Assembly: GCA_965659815.1 (NCBI GenBank) | Contig: CBFHXO010000002.1 | Location: 794 to 64,793, forward strand | Source: Pseudomonadales bacterium | GTDB taxonomy: Bacteria > Pseudomonadota > Gammaproteobacteria > Pseudomonadales > UBA7434 | Length of the DNA stretch: 64,000 nt | Reading direction: 5' to 3' | Shown here: positions 9,234 to 18,429 of the stretch, in pieces | How positions within the stretch are numbered: position 1 is the stretch's first letter | How the letters are laid out: every line of letters begins with the position of its first letter | The notes under the pieces: generated by a model | Seen by the model: only the letters and a program-made list of their open reading frames with translations | What the model was told of the DNA's origin: nothing | Databases searched by the model: none | Made by a program: the position numbers and the translations under genes

Positions 9234-9731
9234 TCAGTTGCTGGCTCTTAAGCCCTGGAGAATTGCGATAGGTACCATTACCGATGCCAGCAGCGCAGCC
9301 CAAATGCCTTTAATTGCTGCATATTCAATAGGCGACAAGTTTGTCACGTTAAGTAAAAAGAAAAACCCAAGTAGCAGCGGTACAGCGACTAAAACGCCTA
9401 AAATACCCAACACCGGTGCGGCAAGCCAGAGGTTATAGGGCAATAACCAGCTAAGGCTTTGGCCCTCGTGGCCTGCGGGCTTAAGGTCGCCGCTATCGCG
9501 TTTACGACGCGACATCACAATAAAAATACCGCCTAGAATCGTCGACAGCAAAAAGCCGGTGATCAATAAATCCATTACATAGCCGTGCTCACCCCAGGGG
9601 TTTAGCACGGCTTGCTTGCCCAGTAGCGCATAGGCAATACCGGCGTTAAGCACCAGGTTAATAATAAAATTCATGATGGTTTCTTTGCGAATATGTTTTT
9701 CTATTGCAATTGCGCTGTCGGTTTTTGTCAT
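9234..9731 (-). CDS. Integral membrane protein, function unknown
   Basis: 165 aa with about four hydrophobic helices. An alternative start is the ATG at 9674 (MNFIINL...). Confidence 0.6.
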   Translation of the reverse strand: MTKTDSAIAIEKHIRKETIMNFIINLVLNAGIAYALLGKQAVLNPWGEHGYVMDLLITGFLLSTILGGIFIVMSRRKRDSGDLKPAGHEGQSLSWLLPYNLWLAAPVLGILGVLVAVPLLLGFFFLLNVTNLSPIEYAAIKGIWAALLASVMVPIAILQGLRASN

Positions 9732-9770
9732 GATGGTTATAAACCTGTCAGTAAGCGATAGCGGTCTTTA

Positions 9771-10328
9771 TTAGGCTGCTTTTACGGTGACAATATCTTC
9801 AAGGCTGAGTTTGCGGTTTTCTATGCCAGCAAAGCCATCCTCACCTGTGTAGCTGTCTTCGCCAACGACCAGGCCATCATCATTAATGGGCCAAACAATG
9901 GCGCTGCGGGTTTCATATAAATAATAGGCATCGGTATCGCTGACGTTATGGCCCATATCTTTAAGTAGGCTTCCAGGGTAGGCGATACGCATTTGGCCCT
10001 CAGTAATCACGCAGTGTTTGTCGACCACTAGTCGGTCTATATTGTGCTCAATGCGATGGATATCCATGTCGATAATGGTTTTATAAAACGCCTCGACATT
10101 CTCCTTGCCTTTGGGTCCGGCAAAGGCCTCATCGTTTTCGCTGCCAAAAAAGTGATACCGCGCTTCATCGGCCACGGTTGACATCAAGGCATCAAAATCG
10201 AGCGTGGCCTCGGCTTTCATGTGTTTTAACACCACTTCAAGGTTGCGTATTAAAATGGGGTCGGTTTCTTCCGCCAGTCGTTGTTCTACCAGCGCCCAGT
10301 TTTTATGTGGATCAATTACTGCTGTCAT
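9771..10328 (-). CDS. NTF2-like (SnoaL-like) protein
   Basis: 185 aa. Size and secondary-structure-like pattern fit SnoaL/NTF2-fold proteins. Operonic with the 381-aa unknown upstream. Confidence 0.65.
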   Translation of the reverse strand: MTAVIDPHKNWALVEQRLAEETDPILIRNLEVVLKHMKAEATLDFDALMSTVADEARYHFFGSENDEAFAGPKGKENVEAFYKTIIDMDIHRIEHNIDRLVVDKHCVITEGQMRIAYPGSLLKDMGHNVSDTDAYYLYETRSAIVWPINDDGLVVGEDSYTGEDGFAGIENRKLSLEDIVTVKAA

Positions 10329-10382
10329 GCGGTCTCTCCCAGCGGTTGATTTATTTTATTTGTCTGTACTTATGAGTGGCTT

Positions 10383-11528
10383 TTATTTGGCGCCATCAAA
10401 CCAGTCATCAAAACCCAATACTGCGTGGCGGCCCATATGCATCTGCTCCAAGACGCCATGGCCGATTTCAGTCTCGCCCGAAGGCAGTGTGCGCCTGGCG
10501 ATAATCACTTGCTGTAAATGAATGTTTTCTAAGGCCAGTGGGTCAACGGCGTTGCACTGCCAGTTTTCGCTGCCAATTTTCAATTCGTCATGCCATTTGC
10601 CGTGACCCCATTCCGGATTTTGGTAACCCAGACCTTTCATTCGGTGTAACATGCCGGTCATTTCTACGGTGATATCCATACTCGCACCCGATCGGTCGGT
10701 CATAGTAAAGCTGCCGCTATTGGCATGGCGGGTGCCGGGTTGTAAATCGATATCGTAAATCACTTTGCCGTTCCACATTTTCATTGCCGGGTCGACCACG
10801 GCGGGTATGGCATCCATAGTGCTATAGCTGGGCACGATGCCCTGGTCGGTATGCCATTGATAGCCGTCGCCATCTTCAAACCAGCCGGCCAGTGTGCACT
10901 CGTTAGGCCAGTGAATGGGCAGCCACATAAAGTGGTTGGCCTGGTAGGCATCCATGGGAGCGCCGCCGGTATAGGCGTCACCCACCGGGCGAATTCCCCA
11001 GCTGCGATCTTTTAAACCAAACGTGGTTTCACCGTCGACAATAATTTCTTTACCGTTATAACGTATCTTGCCGCTCCAGCTGCCAAACTGATCGAGGCGG
11101 GTAGCATCCATCACCACATAGCGATGATTGCCCAGTGTTTGCCTGGCTTCCTGTATTGCGCCGGTTTTGGGCGTAAAAATTAAATCGCATTCAATGCCGG
11201 TGTCATTGGGCGCAATGGTGATTTGATGCCTGCCCATAGGCTCAAGAATTTTTAACTCAAAGGGACCCACGCGGGTATCGGTGGGTTCGTCGGGTGCGCG
11301 GCATGAGCCATGAAAGGCATGCTGTTCGCCATCGGCCACAATGCTTAAGCTGCAATCGAGAATGCCCAGGTTGGGGTAGCGGCACATCGCAACGCCAAAA
11401 TAAAAACTGCTGTCTTGGGCGTGGGCGTTATACCAGTAGCGGTCGTAGGTGTTGCGGTCGCTGGAGGCCGTTCGGTAGAGCGGCTCAGGTGTTTGATGAA
11501 CCGGGTAGTCGTCGAGTTTTGAAAGCAT
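10383..11528 (-). CDS. Conserved protein of unknown function
   Basis: 381-aa uninterrupted ORF (MLSKLDDYPVHQTPEPLYRTASSDRNTYDRYWYNAH...). W/H/D-rich and soluble. No motif I can assign. Confidence 0.7.
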   Translation of the reverse strand: MLSKLDDYPVHQTPEPLYRTASSDRNTYDRYWYNAHAQDSSFYFGVAMCRYPNLGILDCSLSIVADGEQHAFHGSCRAPDEPTDTRVGPFELKILEPMGRHQITIAPNDTGIECDLIFTPKTGAIQEARQTLGNHRYVVMDATRLDQFGSWSGKIRYNGKEIIVDGETTFGLKDRSWGIRPVGDAYTGGAPMDAYQANHFMWLPIHWPNECTLAGWFEDGDGYQWHTDQGIVPSYSTMDAIPAVVDPAMKMWNGKVIYDIDLQPGTRHANSGSFTMTDRSGASMDITVEMTGMLHRMKGLGYQNPEWGHGKWHDELKIGSENWQCNAVDPLALENIHLQQVIIARRTLPSGETEIGHGVLEQMHMGRHAVLGFDDWFDGAK

Positions 11529-11596
11529 AGCGATTCTCTTATGGGTAGCATGGCTGTATCAATTACAGCCAATAATTATCTACCCGAAAGATTAGG

Positions 11597-12460
11597 CTAA
11601 TTATTAATGTTTCCCAATGATTCACCGAGTCGAATCGTGCTGCCATTACTTAACATATTGTTCCAGCTCACGGTATTGGCGGGAAATAGCACAATAGCGG
11701 TTGAGCCCAGTTTGAATCGGCCCATTTCTTCGCCTTTATCGAGAGCAATAGAATGGGTTGTATCGGTTTTTATTGCCTGAATATCGTTAGGGGCAATCTG
11801 TCCGTCCCAAACGGTTTCGATACCGGCAACAATCATTGCGCCAACCAGTATCAAAGCCATGGGGCCGTGTGCTGTATCAAATATACAAACCAGACGTTCG
11901 TTACGGGCAAATAAACCTTCAACATTGTCTGCGGTTGTTTGGTTAACTGAAAAGAGTTTGCCAGGCACATAAATGGTTTTGCGCAAGGTGCCGGCAAAGG
12001 GCATATGCACGCGGTGATAATCACTGGGCGATAAATACACGGTGGCAAAAGCGCCATTAGCAAACTCATCGGCCAGTACCGTGTTGCCACCGAGTAAAGC
12101 GGTAAGGTTATAGTATTGTCCCTTGGCTTGTAATACGCGCTGCTTATCAATGCTGCCTATTTCGCTAATGCTGCCATCGGCGGGCGATACAATCACTTGT
12201 TCGCCAGCTGCGATGGGTCGCGCACCGGGTTTTAATTGTCGGGTAAAAAACGCGTTAAAGCTTGGGTATTTTTCGTAATCGGCAGGCACGGCCTCGGGGA
12301 TATTAATGTTAAAAAAACGGCTAAACAGACGAATTAAAAAATCTTTGAGCCAGGGTATTTCTGATTCGGCCAGCCAGCCTGTGAGTCGCGATAGGCTATG
12401 CTGTGGAACACAGTGTTGTAAGGTAATAAATAATTTGTCGCGTAATTCAGCCAAGTTCAT
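11597..12460 (-). CDS. psd: Phosphatidylserine decarboxylase proenzyme
   Basis: 287 aa. Contains the self-cleavage LGST motif (FKLGSTAIVLF) and a typical Psd N-terminus. Confidence 0.95.
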   Translation of the reverse strand: MNLAELRDKLFITLQHCVPQHSLSRLTGWLAESEIPWLKDFLIRLFSRFFNINIPEAVPADYEKYPSFNAFFTRQLKPGARPIAAGEQVIVSPADGSISEIGSIDKQRVLQAKGQYYNLTALLGGNTVLADEFANGAFATVYLSPSDYHRVHMPFAGTLRKTIYVPGKLFSVNQTTADNVEGLFARNERLVCIFDTAHGPMALILVGAMIVAGIETVWDGQIAPNDIQAIKTDTTHSIALDKGEEMGRFKLGSTAIVLFPANTVSWNNMLSNGSTIRLGESLGNINN

Positions 12461-12489
12461 GCTGTTGGTGTTCCTGCGGTATGGGTGTT

Positions 12490-13311
12490 TTAAAGTGTGT
12501 TGACGGGCGTGTGTTCAAGGTTGCCCCATTCAGACCATGAGCCATCGTAGGCTTTAATATTAAGCCCCAGAATTTTACCCACCAGGTAGGTTAGCCCCGA
12601 GCGATGATGGGTTTGGCAGTGCGTGACGATTGCTTTGCTGTTGGCAATATTGCGTTCAGCCAGCATTTGCTTTATCTCATCTAACGGTTTAAGCCTGCTG
12701 TGGTTAGTTCTATCAATCAAATCAAGCCAGTCGAGATTGGCAGCGCCGGGAATATGCCCGCCTTTTGCAGCCAGTACTTTGGTGCCCGCGTGCTCTTCCG
12801 CCGAGCGCGCGTCCCAAACAATAAAATCCGGTTTGTCTAGCGCGGCGATAATAGCGTCTGCGGTTATCAGTTGCGAGCGGTCAATGGTAATTGCATAGTC
12901 AGATGGATTTATGGCTTGTGCGGTTGTGGTACTGGCTCGCCCCTCGGCTAACCAGGCAATACTGCCACCGTCCAGGTAGTGATAGTTAGTGTGGCCTATC
13001 ACATCCAAGGTCCAAATCAGTCGACCTGCCCAGCCGCCGCCTTCATCGTCGTAGGCAATAACAATGGTTTCGGGTGTTAAGCCAATACGTGAAAACAGAT
13101 CGGCTAAATCATCGGCATCGGGTAGCTTGCCAGTGGCGGGGGCCACGCCGCAGACGATATCTTTGGGTCGGATTAAAGCAGAGCCTGGAATATGCCCGGC
13201 CAAAAAGGCCTCTTCGCTGCCGACAAAGATCGGCAGTACATTAGCGTTGCCAAGTAGGGCTTCGCATTCGTCGGTTTGGAGCATAATACTGTTGGAAAGT
13301 GTTGATGGCAT
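12490..13311 (-). CDS. rhdA: Tandem-rhodanese thiosulfate sulfurtransferase, RhdA type
   Basis: 273 aa. The active-site loop HCQTHHRSG matches the Azotobacter/Pseudomonas RhdA CQTHHR loop. Adjacency to psd is as in Pseudomonas. Confidence 0.85.
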   Translation of the reverse strand: MPSTLSNSIMLQTDECEALLGNANVLPIFVGSEEAFLAGHIPGSALIRPKDIVCGVAPATGKLPDADDLADLFSRIGLTPETIVIAYDDEGGGWAGRLIWTLDVIGHTNYHYLDGGSIAWLAEGRASTTTAQAINPSDYAITIDRSQLITADAIIAALDKPDFIVWDARSAEEHAGTKVLAAKGGHIPGAANLDWLDLIDRTNHSRLKPLDEIKQMLAERNIANSKAIVTHCQTHHRSGLTYLVGKILGLNIKAYDGSWSEWGNLEHTPVNTL

Positions 13312-13423
13312 AAAGTGGCCTTCTTTTTTAAAACCTGTTGTTTAAAACAATTGACTCTAACGCTAGTGAACATAAATCGGTATTCGTCCAATGGGTTTCT
13401 ATCAAACGCGTTTGGTGCGTTCG

Positions 13424-14434
13424 TTATTTTTCCAGCGAGTCGAGAATATGATAATAACTGCTTACGCGCGAGGGGTGAATATCACCGCGCTCAATTGCCG
13501 CCTGTAACTCACAGCCTTTGCTATTGCCGTGTTCGCAATCGCGAAATTTACATTGCAGTGCATAACGCTGAAACTCCGGCAGCCCATTAATAATATCATT
13601 GGGCGTTAAATGCCATAGCCCAAACTCGCGAATGCCGGGCGAGTCGATAATACTGGCCTTGCCCGCCAATAATCGGTAAAGCTGTGAGGTGGTTGTGGTG
13701 TGTTTGCCTTTGTCATTGGCCTCAGAAATCTCACCCGTTTTAGCGCTTTGTTCGCCTGCCAGTGCATTAATAATGGAAGACTTACCTACACCCGACTGCC
13801 CAACCAGAATACTGGTTTTATTGATCAGCGCGGCGTGAAATTCACTAGCGCTTTCTGACCCGGCTGTGAAGGCGCTATAGCGATAAACCGTGTAGCCCAG
13901 GTCTTTATAAAGCGTTAGCAGCTGTTCCAGCTCTTGCGCTATTGCCGAGTTTTGCTCAAGTAAATCGACCTTATTCAGCACCAGCGCCGCCGCTATGCCG
14001 GCATTCTCAGCGGCGATTAAAAAGCGATCAATAAGCGAGGTGATGGGTTCGGGGCTGGGTGACAGTGTAATAAAGATGGTATCGATATTCGCTGCCACGG
14101 GTTTTGGGTCTTCGTAGGGTCGTGGCCGTTGCAGTAAGGATTCGCGCTCCAGCAGCGCTTCAACTACCCCGGTGGCCGACTCGGGCCCTGGTGCCTGCCA
14201 GCGCACATAGTCACCACACACAATGGTGGGTAGCTTGGCGCGAAAATGGCAGCGCTGGGTGATTGCGCCAGCTGCTGATTCGGCTACCCGGTTGGCATTA
14301 ACGGCAAGCACTTCAACTTCTTTGCCGTAATGGCTAATGACCAGGCCATACAGTAGCTCGGCGTTATCCGATGTTGCTGCCTGGTTGCTGGCAATGCGCC
14401 CGCGCTGCTGCTTATTAAGTTTTCGTTTACTCAT
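13424..14434 (-). CDS. rsgA: Ribosome small-subunit-dependent GTPase A
   Basis: 336 aa. Has the circularly permuted GTPase motifs NKVDL and GQSGVGKSSIINAL, and a C-terminal zinc knuckle (CKFRDCEH). Confidence 0.95.
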   Translation of the reverse strand: MSKRKLNKQQRGRIASNQAATSDNAELLYGLVISHYGKEVEVLAVNANRVAESAAGAITQRCHFRAKLPTIVCGDYVRWQAPGPESATGVVEALLERESLLQRPRPYEDPKPVAANIDTIFITLSPSPEPITSLIDRFLIAAENAGIAAALVLNKVDLLEQNSAIAQELEQLLTLYKDLGYTVYRYSAFTAGSESASEFHAALINKTSILVGQSGVGKSSIINALAGEQSAKTGEISEANDKGKHTTTTSQLYRLLAGKASIIDSPGIREFGLWHLTPNDIINGLPEFQRYALQCKFRDCEHGNSKGCELQAAIERGDIHPSRVSSYYHILDSLEK

Positions 14435-14582
14435 TCTTCACGCTATCACATGTGGGCGGCTAGCTTACTGTATTCGTCATTAAACCGCTATTGCACTGTA
14501 AACTCTCAGGTGGCGCGTTATACTGTTGCCGTTTTAACAAGCATTGCAAATTAAGCGCAAAAGGGTAGGGAGTTGTAGCACA

Positions 14583-15125
14583 ATGCAAGATATTAATCGC
14601 CTGATTTGGATCGACCTTGAAATGAGCGGGCTGAACCCCGACAGTGATGTGATTATTGAAATTGCCACCATTGTTACCGATGCCGATTTACGTACCATTG
14701 CCGAGGGCCCCATGTTAGCCATTCACCAGCCGGACTCGGTGCTGAATAATATGGACGAATGGAATACTCGCCAGCATGGTCAGTCGGGCTTAACCCAGCG
14801 CGTACGTGAGAGCAAAATCAGTGTTGCCGAAGCTGAGGCGCAAACCATTGCCTTTTTGCAAAAGCATTTACAAAAAGGCGACTCTCCTATGTGCGGCAAT
14901 AGCATCTGCCAGGACCGTCGCTTTCTTGCCAACTATATGCCAGATTTAGAAGCATTTTTTCACTACCGCAATCTTGACGTTAGCACACTTAAAGAGCTGG
15001 CCAGGCGTTGGAAGCCGGCGGTGCTCGAAGGTATGAAGAAAAAGTCCAGCCATTTGGCGCTCGACGATATTAAAGACTCGATAGAAGAGTTGCGTTACTA
15101 CCGAGCCAAACTCATGGATGTATAA
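14583..15125 (+). CDS. orn: Oligoribonuclease
   Basis: Near-colinear with E. coli Orn ([43 protein letters not shown]). Start taken at the ATG at 14583. Confidence 0.95.
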   Translation: MQDINRLIWIDLEMSGLNPDSDVIIEIATIVTDADLRTIAEGPMLAIHQPDSVLNNMDEWNTRQHGQSGLTQRVRESKISVAEAEAQTIAFLQKHLQKGDSPMCGNSICQDRRFLANYMPDLEAFFHYRNLDVSTLKELARRWKPAVLEGMKKKSSHLALDDIKDSIEELRYYRAKLMDV

Positions 15126-15146
15126 CTAACAGGTTAAACGTTTGCT

Positions 15147-16265
15147 GTGAATAAAAATAACACTCACCAGCTGATAGCTCGCCTTATTGATCGCGTTAGC
15201 AGCGATACCACCGATACCATGGCAGCGCCTGGCATTGATACGCCGGATATTTTTACCGACCCGGTACGTTTTGCCAAAGAGCGTGAACAGTTCTTTTTAA
15301 ATACTCCGCAGGTCATAGGCTTTGCCGGCGAGGTGGCTGCCAATAATAGTTTTATGACTGCTGAATGTATGGGTATACCCATTGTGGTTACGCGTGATGA
15401 TAGTGGTATGCTCAGGGCATTTATTAATGCCTGTGGTCATCGCGGCGCCAAAGTTGCCAGCGGTCACGGCAGTAAAAAGCGTTTGACCTGCGGTTTTCAT
15501 GGCTGGAGCTATGCGCTTAATGGTGAGCTGGCTGGTCGACCCAAAGACGATTGCTTTGCCTCAGATAAACAAGATTGTGGATTGGTGCAGTTACCGGTGT
15601 CTGACCGCTCGGGTTTGCTGGTGGTGGGTTTACGGCCGAATATCGAGCAGTCGTTAGTGGATCATGCGCTCGATGATATTGCTGATGAATTTGCCGGGTT
15701 TGATTTTGATAAATTACATACGCTTGAAACCAGGCGCTATGATGTAGCGGCGAACTGGAAGCTGGTAACCAGCTTAAGCCATGAAGGTTATCACTTTGCT
15801 AACCTGCATAGAGACTCGCTGGCGCCAATGATGACATCGCATGGCGTGGTAGATGAATTTGGCATTCATACCCGTTGGGCCTTTGCGTTAAAGGGCATAG
15901 AAAACCTGGCTGATAAAGATAAAGCGCACTGGCCGGAGCGATTTCCCGGTGCCATGAATCATACGATTTTTCCCGGCACGGTGATTGTAGTCAATCCGGG
16001 TGATGCGCAAATTATCCGTGCCGAGCCCGGTGCTACACCAGGTACTTCGGTTGTTTACTATTCGGGTACCTGTTCGGATATTGATAAGCGCGAAGAAAGC
16101 CTGCAAACCTACGCCTTTGGCGGTGATATTTTTTCTAAAGAAGATTTACCGGCGGCGGAGCAGTGTCAGCAGGGGTTAGCCGCAACCGGAAGGCCGATGC
16201 GTATTGGTAAAAACGAGCCAGTGGTGCAGATGTGGCACCAGCGTTGGAAGAGCGAATTAAAATGA
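15147..16265 (+). CDS. Rieske [2Fe-2S] non-heme-iron oxygenase, alpha-subunit type
   Basis: 372 aa, GTG start. Has the Rieske motif CGHRG...x17...CGFHGW. No beta subunit, ferredoxin or reductase lies adjacent. Confidence 0.9.
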   Translation: MNKNNTHQLIARLIDRVSSDTTDTMAAPGIDTPDIFTDPVRFAKEREQFFLNTPQVIGFAGEVAANNSFMTAECMGIPIVVTRDDSGMLRAFINACGHRGAKVASGHGSKKRLTCGFHGWSYALNGELAGRPKDDCFASDKQDCGLVQLPVSDRSGLLVVGLRPNIEQSLVDHALDDIADEFAGFDFDKLHTLETRRYDVAANWKLVTSLSHEGYHFANLHRDSLAPMMTSHGVVDEFGIHTRWAFALKGIENLADKDKAHWPERFPGAMNHTIFPGTVIVVNPGDAQIIRAEPGATPGTSVVYYSGTCSDIDKREESLQTYAFGGDIFSKEDLPAAEQCQQGLAATGRPMRIGKNEPVVQMWHQRWKSELK

Positions 16266-16873
16266 AAACCGTAGTAGTAAAAGGAAAATCGTTTACACCG
16301 TCAAAGATTATTTGCGTGGGCAAAAACTACGTAGAACACATTGCCGAAATGGATAGCGAAGTCCCCGATGAGATGGTGATTTTTAACAAGCCCAACTCGG
16401 CTATTGGCGATGCACTTTTTGCGGTAAAAGATGACGCTTTGCATTATGAGGCAGAAATCGCTTTTATAGTTGAAGGGGGTGAGTTTGCGGCGGTTGCGGT
16501 TGGCCTGGACTTAACTAAGCGACAAACCCAGAGTAAGTTAAAAAAGGCCGGTTTACCCTGGGAGCGCGCCAAGGCCTTTGATGGTGCGGCATTATTCAGT
16601 GAGTTTGTTGATTTGCCCGATCCATTGGAGCAGTTAACGGTTAAGCTCGATATCGACGGTGTTACCACCCAGCACGGCGGTGTTGGATTAATGATTTATA
16701 AGCCCGCACAAATTCTTGCCGGTATCAAAGCTTTTTTAACGCTGGAGGATGGCGATATTGTGATGACGGGTACGCCAAAGGGCGTGGGTGCAGTACAAGC
16801 CGGTGCCAACTACAGTGCCAGTATTCTCAACGGTGAACAGCTGGTGGTGACCCAGCAGTGGCTGGCTAAATAG
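16262..16873 (+). CDS. Fumarylacetoacetate hydrolase (FAH) family protein
   Basis: The ATG at 16262 overlaps the Rieske stop (ATGA). KIICVGKNYVEH and GDIVMTGTPKGVG are FAH-family signatures. Confidence 0.9.
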   Translation: MKTVVVKGKSFTPSKIICVGKNYVEHIAEMDSEVPDEMVIFNKPNSAIGDALFAVKDDALHYEAEIAFIVEGGEFAAVAVGLDLTKRQTQSKLKKAGLPWERAKAFDGAALFSEFVDLPDPLEQLTVKLDIDGVTTQHGGVGLMIYKPAQILAGIKAFLTLEDGDIVMTGTPKGVGAVQAGANYSASILNGEQLVVTQQWLAK

Positions 16874-16875
16874 TT

Positions 16876-17355
16876 TTATAGCTGGTGTTTTTCTTTTACG
16901 TATTCCAATAAGCCTTTCGCGGCTTTTTCTAACACTTTTACTGTGCCGTCGAATTTATCTGCGTCGAGATAGTAGGGGTCGGGCACTTGCGCGTGTTCGG
17001 TGGCGCCGCCGTAGCGCATAAACAAACTCAATTCGCCTGCGTAGTTATCGGGTGCCCAGGCTTTTACGCTCATCATATTGATATTATCCATTGCAATGAC
17101 GTAATCGGCTTTTAGGTAATCGTCGGGGGTGATTTGCCGTGCGATTTGTTCGCTAATATCGTAGCCCTGGCGTTCGCAGGCGGCAATGGCGCGCGGATCA
17201 GGGCTTTTGCCCGCGTTAAATGCGGCGGTGCCGCAGGAATCGACAGTAATTTTATTTTTCAAACCGGCGTCATGAACCAGTTTTTCAAGAATGCCCTGGG
17301 CACTGGGGGAGCGGCAGATATTGCCTAGGCAGACGAAGATGATATGGATTGGCAT
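16876..17355 (-). CDS. Low-molecular-weight protein-tyrosine phosphatase
   Basis: 159 aa. Has the P-loop CLGNICRSP and the DPYY motif. Confidence 0.9.
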   Translation of the reverse strand: MPIHIIFVCLGNICRSPSAQGILEKLVHDAGLKNKITVDSCGTAAFNAGKSPDPRAIAACERQGYDISEQIARQITPDDYLKADYVIAMDNINMMSVKAWAPDNYAGELSLFMRYGGATEHAQVPDPYYLDADKFDGTVKVLEKAAKGLLEYVKEKHQL

Positions 17356-17595
17356 GAGCAGAAAAATCGATAGTTGAGTGTATATCAGTTAATGCCGGTC
17401 AGGATAACGGGGATAGGGTCTGCAGTGCAAATAATTGAATGTGATTGAGATTAATATGCTTTAAAATAATAGCTAACGGTGGGTTTTCTAGCATCAGGCG
17501 TCTTATAGGCTAAAAGCAGATAAGAGCGCGGGCTTAATAGTCGATCGGCATAGCTATGCTGATATCGATGAGCCATTTATAGTTTTAGAAAAGGT

Positions 17596-17781
17596 ATGAG
17601 TGAGAATAATAATATGTGGAAAGCGCCAGTTATTTCCGCCTATGCGGCGGCGGCCGGTATTACTTTGTTCCAGTACCTGTTTTTATCGAGTGACTTTAGT
17701 GTTTGGAATTTGTTTATCAATTTGACACTGGCGCCGGTAGCGGCCGGGCTGGGAGCTTTTATTTCTCAGGCGGGTCGTTGA
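17596..17781 (+). CDS. Small hypothetical membrane protein
   Basis: 61 aa with two hydrophobic segments. AAAGG lies 5 nt upstream of the ATG. No family recognised. Confidence 0.4.
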   Translation: MSENNNMWKAPVISAYAAAAGITLFQYLFLSSDFSVWNLFINLTLAPVAAGLGAFISQAGR

Positions 17782-17842
17782 CAAAACGGGAGTTGTATTT
17801 AGTCTGTCAACCCACCAGTCAATAGCGAAAACTCAACAATCA

Positions 17843-18088
17843 ATGTCCGAAATTAAACTTTCAAAAGATGCCAGTGATCGTATAGTGGCAAAAATTAAAA
17901 CGTATTTTAATGACGAGTTCGATATCGATATCGGAAGTTTCGAGGCGGAATTTCTGATCGAATTTTTTATTGAGGTGTTGGGGCCGCAACTCTATAATCA
18001 GGGATTATCCGACGCGCATACCCTGTTTACCGAAAAGTCCGAAGAACTCGGTTACCTGATTCAGGAACTTGAAAAGCCAGGCAGCTAA
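17843..18088 (+). CDS. DUF2164 family protein
   Basis: 81 aa. The pattern FDIDIGSFEAEFLIEFFIEVLGPQLYNQGLSDA matches my recollection of DUF2164. Confidence 0.7.
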   Translation: MSEIKLSKDASDRIVAKIKTYFNDEFDIDIGSFEAEFLIEFFIEVLGPQLYNQGLSDAHTLFTEKSEELGYLIQELEKPGS

Positions 18089-18429
18089 GCCGGTGAATAT
18101 CCGAAAGCTAACACCACCTGATACATTTATTGAATACACAATCCCCAAAGCGTCGCCAGTTAACCTCGACGCAATTTTCAACCCGCCGGGCAGTTTTGGC
18201 GAGCGCACATCGGTTAATCCGATTCATGGGTTCCCGCCGTTTAAGCAGCCCAATACTCAATCGTTGGCATGGGTGCGTGAAAATTCGGGCCGAGCATTCT
18301 ACTGTCGGTTCCAGGCTTCGAATCTGGAGTGAGTCAGGGTCGTTGTTGGCTTCCAGTGAGCAGCTTGCTACACTGCGTTGGCCGCTTGTTATCGTATGCA
18401 GGCAATTACCAGACCACACTCAAGAGGGC

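Noticed and set aside
12490-13311. The rhodanese gene looked like an insertion between rsgA and psd when compared with E. coli.
   Set aside because: The rhdA-psd adjacency and the CQTHHR active-site loop match the Pseudomonas/Azotobacter arrangement, so this is ancestral synteny rather than an acquisition.
18310-18328. tRNA T-arm-like hairpin TCCAG-GCTTCGAAT-CTGGA.
   Set aside because: The loop is 9 nt, or 7 nt with a G:U pair but out of register with T54-C56. No acceptor, D or anticodon arms can be drawn in the flanks. It is at best a remnant.
18262-18345. Cobalamin-riboswitch-like fragments (GGUGCGUGAAAAUUCGGGCCGAGC...ACUGU...AGUCAGG).
   Set aside because: The AGGGAA element is missing and the B12 box is incomplete (AGUCAGGgucg versus AGUCAGGAnACCUGCC). 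There is also no biological link to doxX. I could not fold a consistent structure by eye.
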